From IMG/VR virus record IMGVR_UViG_2924862757_000006: DNA of 64,000 nucleotides. One strand, 5' to 3'. A model generated the notes under the pieces. The model did not search any database and was not told the origin of the DNA. It was given only the letters and a program-made list of their open reading frames with translations. The DNA is from an uncultured virus (IMG/VR IMGVR_UViG_2924862757_000006) (lineage: Duplodnaviria > Heunggongvirae > Uroviricota > Caudoviricetes). The position numbers and the translations under genes are program-made. Positions 58,215 to 64,000 of the stretch are shown one piece after another. Numbering within the stretch: the first letter of the stretch is position 1; each line of letters opens with the position of its first letter.

Positions 58215-58243
58215 TTCTTTATCCCTTAGAGAGTTAGCTAAAT

Positions 58244-58265
58244 AAAAGCCCCGACAGGGGCTTTT
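58244..58265 (+). promoter_or_regulatory. DGR target-recognition hairpin
   Basis: AAAAGCCCC-GACA-GGGGCTTTT; GRNA-type loop 50 nt downstream of the VR. Confidence 0.8.
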
Positions 58266-58360
58266 CAGTTTCACTTTTTTGAGCTAAAATTGTGTTAATT
58301 GCTTTACAGTTATTAACTTTGCGCCCTCTAATACATACATTAAAATATTAAAAAATTAAC

Positions 58361-58768
58361 ATGGCACTTACACAAGACCTTCCTATATCAAATTCGATGT
58401 ATAAGCTTCTGAACCTTATCATTGATGCCCGGCAACAATTCCCCAAGGCGTTCCGGTATGAATTTGGTACGGAGTTGATGATGCTTGCCGTCCATTGTTG
58501 CGAATATATCCGTTATGCAAATACAGATATGAACCTTGAGCACCGTGCAGATTATCTGATGAAGTTTTTGTGTGAGTTTGATGCATTGAAATTACTGCTA
58601 AGAGTGTGTGAAGAACGACATTTGACCAGCCTGACTCAAACTGCCGAAATCTGTCTGCTTGCAGAGAGCATCGGTAAGCAAAGTACCGGTTGGTACAAAA
58701 AAACGGTTGCAGATCTCCAACGGCAAAAAGCTAACGGATCGCAACAAGTCGCAAAGCCGGAGTCATAA
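58361..58768 (+). CDS. avd: DGR accessory variability determinant (four-helix bundle)
   Basis: LPI...FPKAFRYEFG...IGKQSTGW; lies between VR and TR/RT. Confidence 0.88.
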   Translation: MALTQDLPISNSMYKLLNLIIDARQQFPKAFRYEFGTELMMLAVHCCEYIRYANTDMNLEHRADYLMKFLCEFDALKLLLRVCEERHLTSLTQTAEICLLAESIGKQSTGWYKKTVADLQRQKANGSQQVAKPES

Positions 58769-58782
58769 TCGCCAAGGGGATT

Positions 58783-60204
58783 ATGAGTGAGCAATTAGAA
58801 TTATTTATTGGGCATCCCCCCGGTGATGAGCCGGGAAAGACTAAGATAGCGGATGCAACGGCTTCCAGCAGTTGGAACGTGAACTTCAACAACGGCAACG
58901 TCAACACGAACAACCGCCAGAACGCGAACCGGGTTCGTCCCCTCGCCGCAACAGGTAATATAATCTATGACATACTTCTTAGCAGTATTTTCGAAGCATC
59001 CGAAGATTGTGCCAGGCAGAAAAGAACGAGTACGGATTGTGTTGAGTTCTATAATGATTATCAGTCCGCATTGGTGCGGCTATGGTATTCTATTATTTAC
59101 GGTGAATATGTACCGGACTTTTCAAAAGTATTCATACGGACTTACCCGGTATATCGGGAGGTTTTTGCCGCCGCTTTCATTGATCGTGTTGTCCATCACT
59201 GGATCGCTCTTCGTATCGAGCCGATCTTAGAGGAACGCTTCCGGGAACAAGGAAACGTCTCCAAGAACTGCCGGAAAGGTGAGGGATGCTTGTCTGCCGT
59301 GCACTATCTGAATAACATGATAGTCGAGGTCAGTGAGAATTATACTGCCGATGCGTACATTTTCAAAGATGACCTGTTCAGTTTCTTCATGTCTATCTCG
59401 AAATCGTTGGTATGGGAAATGCTGAACATATTCGTAAGGGACAATTATAAAGGCGATGATATTGAATGTTTGCTTTACCTTCTAGCCGTTACTATCTTTC
59501 ATTGTCCACAAAATAAGTGTATCAGACGCTCTCCCGTCTCCATGTGGGACAAACTTCCCAGTAATAAAAGTCTGTTTCATAATGACCCTGACAGGGGAGT
59601 GGCTATCGGGAACCTGCCGTCACAACTCATAGCTAACTTCTTGGCGTCTGTTTTCGATTATTATGTAATGGTGATGTTAGGATTCAGGCATTATGTACGC
59701 TTTGTTGATGACTTTTGTATTGTGGTGAAATCTCCGGAAGAAATATTGTCCAAAGTCCATCTTCTTGATGGTTTCCTGAAAGAACAACTCCTTTTACGGT
59801 TGCATCCACGCAAACTGTATCTTCAGCATTATAAAAAAGGAGTCTTGTTTGTAGGGGCGTTCATTTTGCCTGGTAGAATTTATGTATCTAACAGGGTGGT
59901 TGGTAACACATATAACGCTGTCAGGAAATTTAATAAAATAGCTGAAAATGGATTTGCAGAAGCGTATGTTGAGAAATTTGTGAGTACAATGAATTCTTAT
60001 TATGGCTTGATGAAACACTTTGCAACGTACAATATCCGCCGTAGAATTGCAGCGATGTTACTTCCTGAATGGTGGGAATATGTTTATATCGAAGGACATT
60101 TTGAAAAGTTTGTATTGAAGAATAAATATAACCATAGAAAACAACTAATTAAACATATCAAAAAACATGGATCAAAAAAATATCTTACCGCGTGGGATTG
60201 CTAA
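58783..60204 (+). CDS. DGR reverse transcriptase
   Basis: REVFAA.FIDRVVHH, IGNLPSQ (DGR-type SQ), YVRFVDDF, FVG. Confidence 0.96.
   Translation: MSEQLELFIGHPPGDEPGKTKIADATASSSWNVNFNNGNVNTNNRQNANRVRPLAATGNIIYDILLSSIFEASEDCARQKRTSTDCVEFYNDYQSALVRLWYSIIYGEYVPDFSKVFIRTYPVYREVFAAAFIDRVVHHWIALRIEPILEERFREQGNVSKNCRKGEGCLSAVHYLNNMIVEVSENYTADAYIFKDDLFSFFMSISKSLVWEMLNIFVRDNYKGDDIECLLYLLAVTIFHCPQNKCIRRSPVSMWDKLPSNKSLFHNDPDRGVAIGNLPSQLIANFLASVFDYYVMVMLGFRHYVRFVDDFCIVVKSPEEILSKVHLLDGFLKEQLLLRLHPRKLYLQHYKKGVLFVGAFILPGRIYVSNRVVGNTYNAVRKFNKIAENGFAEAYVEKFVSTMNSYYGLMKHFATYNIRRRIAAMLLPEWWEYVYIEGHFEKFVLKNKYNHRKQLIKHIKKHGSKKYLTAWDC
58861..58951 (+). ncRNA. DGR template repeat (TR)
   Basis: Ten AAC codons; otherwise identical to the VR. 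Confidence 0.97.
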
Positions 60205-60445
60205 GCCTATCGAGCAACAGTCGGACGGAACCTGGATTGTGCGTCATCACTTCCGGGTGGTTGGTACCAGTGAGAATGGTGAGGAACTGGTAACTTTTGC
60301 CAGTTCGGAATATCCCGAGAAACCTACCTTGCAACAGATTCAAAGAAGTATTGACCGTTATCGGGTGTGTCTTACAATGTATGGAGATACGATTTCAGAC
60401 GAAATAGAAAAGGTTGATCTTTCCGTGTATATGTTTACGGATTAA
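60167..60445 (+). CDS. Hypothetical protein downstream of RT
   Basis: Overlaps the RT stop; followed by a terminator. Confidence 0.65.
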   Translation: MDQKNILPRGIAKPIEQQSDGTWIVRHHFRVVGTSENGEELVTFASSEYPEKPTLQQIQRSIDRYRVCLTMYGDTISDEIEKVDLSVYMFTD

Positions 60446-60469
60446 TAGTTCAATCTGTTGGTTGTTTTA

Positions 60470-60496
60470 GGGGTGCTTTTCAAGCATCCCTTTTTT
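60470..60496 (+). terminator. Intrinsic terminator after the DGR operon
   Basis: GGGGTGCTT-TTC-AAGCATCCC followed by a T-run. Confidence 0.7.
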
Positions 60497-60557
60497 ATTT
60501 ATGGAAAAAGTGAAAATTATAATGTCTTGTTTTATAGATATTTATCATAGAATTGAT

Positions 60558-60608
60558 TTCCAAGATTTTCCATTTTTGTAAAACTCGTTATTATACTCAA
60601 TACATTTG
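60558..60608 (+). promoter_or_regulatory. Late-promoter motif upstream of the lysis cassette
   Basis: TTCCAAGATTTT box, GTAAAAC, -7 TACATTTG 35 nt after CAAGA. Confidence 0.62.
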
Positions 60609-60643
60609 TTCCATACAGAATATTTTATTAATAATTAAACGCT

Positions 60644-60937
60644 ATGAGTATGGGTATAAAAGTATTGTATGATTGGATTTTGCAATCTAACCGACCGGCA
60701 CACGTCAAAGCCGGGATGTTCGTCTTTGTTGTAATGCTTGCCTTCTGTTTCCTTCTATTAGGCATTGATTTCTGTGAATCTGCTATTGTTTCTTTAACGA
60801 CAACCGCCATTGCCGCAATAGTGGTTGAGTACATTCAGAAAAAGTGCGGGTTCATCTTTGATTGGCTTGACGCATTAGCTACTGTTTTGCTTCCTGGGCT
60901 GATTACTGTGTTTTCAATATTGGTAGTAACTTTATGA
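60644..60937 (+). CDS. Small membrane protein of the lysis cassette
   Basis: Three hydrophobic segments; FDWLD motif. Confidence 0.7.
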   Translation: MSMGIKVLYDWILQSNRPAHVKAGMFVFVVMLAFCFLLLGIDFCESAIVSLTTTAIAAIVVEYIQKKCGFIFDWLDALATVLLPGLITVFSILVVTL

Positions 60938-61461
60938 TTAATATTATGAGATGGTTATATGAGCTATTTAATGTAGACCAGATACGAATTATTTTCGTTT
61001 CGATGTTCAGTTCTCTTCTTGCTTATTTAACGCCGACTAAAGGTTTTCTTATAGCATTAGTTGTAATGTTTGGATTTAATATTTGGTGCGGAATGAGGGC
61101 TGATGGTGTTTCAATTATACGTTGTAAAAACTTTAAGTGGGATAAGTTTAAAAATGCCTTGGTTGAACTTCTTCTCTATCTTATAATCATTGAGGTAGTC
61201 TTCTCCTTTATGAGCTTGATAGGAGACGGTGAGAACTCATTGTTAGTTATTAAGACTATTACGTATGTATTTTCTTATGTATATCTTCAGAACGCATTTA
61301 AGAATCTGATTATTGCTTATCCTAGAAACAAAGGGTTTCGTATAATTTACCATGTAATACGTTTTGAATTTAAGCGGGCTACGCCTACACATGTACAAGG
61401 AATTATTGATAGAATCGAAAACGAACTAGATAAAGAGGAAAGATATGAAAATATTGATTGA
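60934..61461 (+). CDS. Putative holin
   Basis: Multi-TM protein directly upstream of the endolysin. Confidence 0.65.
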   Translation: MINIMRWLYELFNVDQIRIIFVSMFSSLLAYLTPTKGFLIALVVMFGFNIWCGMRADGVSIIRCKNFKWDKFKNALVELLLYLIIIEVVFSFMSLIGDGENSLLVIKTITYVFSYVYLQNAFKNLIIAYPRNKGFRIIYHVIRFEFKRATPTHVQGIIDRIENELDKEERYENID

Positions 61462-62023
61462 TAACGGTCACGGTAGCAATACTCCGGGTAAGTGTTCTCC
61501 AGATGGCAGGTTAAGGGAATACTCCTATACCCGTGAAATTGCTGGGCGTGTAGTATTTGAATTGCGTAAATTAGGTATTGATGCGGAACTGGTTGTGAAA
61601 GAGGAAATAGATGTTCCTTTGTCAGAACGTTGTAGGCGAGTGAATGAATATAAGACTTCTGAAGCAATTCTTATTTCTATCCATTGCAATGCAGCCGGTA
61701 ATGGTTTAAATTGGATGCAAGCACGTGGTTGGGAAGCATGGACCAGTGTGGGACAGACAAAAGCCGATAAGCTGGCTGACTGTCTGTATGCTACTGCTGA
61801 AGAATGTTTGTTTGGAATGAAAATACGGAAGGATATGGCAGACGGTGATCCAGATAAGGAGAGTAGTTTTTATATCTTGAAACATACGAAGTGTCCGGCT
61901 GTTCTGACGGAGAATCTGTTTCAGGATAACAAAGAAGATGTGGATTTCCTGCTGTCAGAGGAGGGGAAACGGACTATTGTTTCTCTTCATGTGAAAGGAA
62001 TTTGTAAATATCTGAAAGTATGA
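61445..62023 (+). CDS. Endolysin, N-acetylmuramoyl-L-alanine amidase (Amidase_3)
   Basis: IDNGHG, LRE, ISIHCNA, PAVLTEN. Confidence 0.93.
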   Translation: MKILIDNGHGSNTPGKCSPDGRLREYSYTREIAGRVVFELRKLGIDAELVVKEEIDVPLSERCRRVNEYKTSEAILISIHCNAAGNGLNWMQARGWEAWTSVGQTKADKLADCLYATAEECLFGMKIRKDMADGDPDKESSFYILKHTKCPAVLTENLFQDNKEDVDFLLSEEGKRTIVSLHVKGICKYLKV

Positions 62024-62529
62024 AAATGCTAATCTATATAACCATGTTCTTAACATTAGGAATATGGTTTGCTTCATGTAAGACTTCTCGCAATATTGGA
62101 ATGCAAAAACAGGTGGATTATAGGGGAGAATTTCAGTTCCTTCGAAATGCTGTTGAGTCGCTAAGAACTGATGTAAGTAAACAAACGAAGATTACGACTG
62201 ACAAATTGAGTGATTTGAAGATTGAAAATACAACAGTTTATTTTTCTTCTCCTGATTCAATCGGGAAACAATATCCTATAAAAGAAAGTACTACTACTGC
62301 ATCTAAGAGAGAGCAAGAACGAATGGAAATAGATGAAACATTATCTTTAGCTTTGAAACAGTTTTCTAATAGGTTGGATTCGTTAAATGGTAAAGTTGAT
62401 GTTATGTTGAATCTGAAAGAGAAGATAGTAGAGATTTCTTGGTGGGATATATATAAAGGTAAATTGTATTGTGCTATTGTTGGCTTATTAATAATTATTT
62501 TTCTGCATTATGGTTATAGAAACAAGTAA
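62020..62529 (+). CDS. Putative unimolecular spanin
   Basis: N-terminal lipobox FASC plus C-terminal TM helix, after the endolysin. Confidence 0.65.
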   Translation: MKMLIYITMFLTLGIWFASCKTSRNIGMQKQVDYRGEFQFLRNAVESLRTDVSKQTKITTDKLSDLKIENTTVYFSSPDSIGKQYPIKESTTTASKREQERMEIDETLSLALKQFSNRLDSLNGKVDVMLNLKEKIVEISWWDIYKGKLYCAIVGLLIIIFLHYGYRNK

Positions 62530-62642
62530 TGCACTTGTTGTATAGAGATTTACTTGTATAGAGTGTCTTGCAAAAAAGTCACTAATATTAAATATAGAAT
62601 AAATATTTTACTATATTTGCGTTTGAGTAACTGTATTATGCA

Positions 62643-63272
62643 TTGAAAAAGAATATGAATAAAAGAAACATTATAATTGTAACCATCTCTATTGCAACAA
62701 ATATAGCGTGTATTGCTTTAACATTTTGGGGAAATATTAAAAATAATGGTACTATAACAACTGATGCTTTCATTGGTATTATAGCCTCATTAATTGGAAT
62801 CTGTGTAACGATTGTTGTTGGTTTCCAAATCGCTAACTTCCTTGAGTTACGTGAAGTAAGAAAGCAAGTGGAGCAGGTAGAAAAACAACGCGCGGAGCTT
62901 GAGGCATACAAACAATCTGTTACTGGTAATCTTCATACAGCAAGAGTTGGAGTAGCAAATGCTTTTGGTATTTTATCTGTAGTAGAAAGAGGAACATTGC
63001 TTGGATTTGCGGCACGAGTAAGTTCAATTGTATGTGATAATCTATATTCAACACCTGGAGATATTTTGCTTGCGAGATATCAGCAGTTATATTCAGAAAT
63101 GTCTCATTTTCTACAAACTGATGACTGTATTGAAATGATATACCCTATCATTAATAATCTTAAATATATTGATATACCTAAAGATAAGGAGCAATATAAT
63201 GAAATAATGAAGTTGCATTTTGAAATTATTTCTGTAGTAGATAATGCAAAACAGAAAGCTGATAATAAATAG
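62643..63272 (+). CDS. Membrane protein, moron-like cargo
   Basis: Two N-terminal TMs and a coiled coil; own -7 TATATTTG at 62612-19; terminator at 63288-63315. Confidence 0.7.
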   Translation: MKKNMNKRNIIIVTISIATNIACIALTFWGNIKNNGTITTDAFIGIIASLIGICVTIVVGFQIANFLELREVRKQVEQVEKQRAELEAYKQSVTGNLHTARVGVANAFGILSVVERGTLLGFAARVSSIVCDNLYSTPGDILLARYQQLYSEMSHFLQTDDCIEMIYPIINNLKYIDIPKDKEQYNEIMKLHFEIISVVDNAKQKADNK

Positions 63273-63413
63273 AAATAATGATATGAGTAAGAGGTAGCCG
63301 AATAGCTACCTCTTTGTTTTGTAGCCCTCCCTATCAACAGCACACAATCAAACTCCTTGGAAGGGTTACATAAGATAGTACTAATATATAATTGAAAAGT
63401 TCGGTAAGGATAT

Positions 63414-63487
63414 AAAAAAAGTGAGGGGAACCACCCCCTCACCAAAGTCAAACCAAAATAATCCGAATTATGTCCGTATTATCTTGA
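63414..63487 (-). ncRNA. Predicted ~75-nt trans-acting sRNA
   Basis: -7 TATCTTTG (63493-500, minus), 5' hairpin, single-stranded seed TTTGGTTTGACTTTG, 8-bp GC terminator and U7. Confidence 0.68.
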
Positions 63488-63571
63488 TGTTGCAAAGATA
63501 CTACTATTTTTTGATAAAGCAATAAAAATCCCTGCATCGGCTCAAATGCAGGGATGGTGTCAAATAAGAGC

Positions 63572-63985
63572 TTAACTGATTTTTAATGATGTCTGATGAA
63601 TCATTTCGCTAACATCGTTCAAAGCGTTCAGGAACGTTTTGAGTTCATTGTCAGTAAAGCGAGCCTTTTTCCCGTTGACCATATTCCCGTTAATACGCTG
63701 ATATAGCCAGTTTCTACTTTTACCAAAATATTTCTTTGCAATATAACTGAATGAGATTGCTTCGGGCAATTCTCCAAGTTTATCACGTAATATGGCTTCT
63801 TCCGCTCTTTCTATATAATCATTGCAGGCGTTTACCGTTGCTTTTAGCCCAGTTTCAGATGCTTTTTTGTAGGCTTCCTTTTGGGCTTCCGGTAGTTTAT
63901 TATATTTATCCTGCATTTCCTTTTTGAAAGCTTCTTTTTCTTCTGTGGTTTTTAGTTCTTTGAATCTTTCAAAGTCAGCCTGCAT
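63572..63985 (-). CDS. DUF5053-like HTH protein; start may lie beyond the window
   Basis: ISFSYIAKKYFGKSRNWLYQRING...FT. Confidence 0.8.
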   Translation of the reverse strand: MQADFERFKELKTTEEKEAFKKEMQDKYNKLPEAQKEAYKKASETGLKATVNACNDYIERAEEAILRDKLGELPEAISFSYIAKKYFGKSRNWLYQRINGNMVNGKKARFTDNELKTFLNALNDVSEMIHQTSLKIS

Positions 63986-64000
63986 TTCTTTTGTTGGCAG

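Larger units (their letters stand above)
1..64000. mobile_element. Temperate prophage (siphovirus-like, Bacteroidales host); boundaries not resolved within the window
   Basis: Co-linear repressor, replication, terminase, portal, protease, capsid, tape measure, tail, DGR and lysis modules; Bacteroidetes-type promoters throughout. Confidence 0.95.

Noticed and set aside
58783..60204. Group II intron, retron or Abi-type RT
   Set aside because: SQ motif, adjacent avd and the TR/VR pair identify a DGR; no maturase/endonuclease domain or msr-msd was seen.
3643..63457. 22-nt direct repeat as an attL/attR pair
   Set aside because: Excision between the copies would leave the repressor and early promoter behind; the sRNA/target reading fits better.

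Overview
Nearly the whole window is one temperate siphovirus-like prophage of a Bacteroides/Phocaeicola-type host, inferred from repeated TTTG-N19-21-TAnnTTTG promoters and the gene families. Left to right it has: leftward lysogeny/cargo genes and a CI-like repressor with operators (0.7-3.0 kb); early genes with long structured non-coding tracts (3.0-8.0 kb); recombination and replication (ERF, SSB, SNF2 helicase, initiator with iterons, DnaC-like loader); a long accessory block (ParB proteins, glycosyltransferase, PAPS reductase, MazG-like, tyrosine recombinase, methyltransferase, ASCH, AbiC-like, epimerase, PRTase); terminase, HK97-type head and tail genes; an ECF sigma factor and HicAB; a giant tail adhesin; a complete diversity-generating retroelement (target VR, hairpin, avd, TR, RT); and a lysis cassette. 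The most unusual signals are non-coding. (1) Five tRNA-shaped elements have intact acceptor and T arms but no normal anticodon loop, one with a second permuted elbow, and are interspersed with U-rich spacers and GUGA hairpins. (2) A predicted ~75-nt sRNA near the right end has a seed complementary to a motif 13-14 nt upstream of several lytic start codons, and to 22 nt of the early transcript. (3) Two phage-specific promoter classes recur with fixed spacing. All product calls come from motif recognition by eye; no database searches were run. A 100-N scaffold gap lies at 15224-15323.
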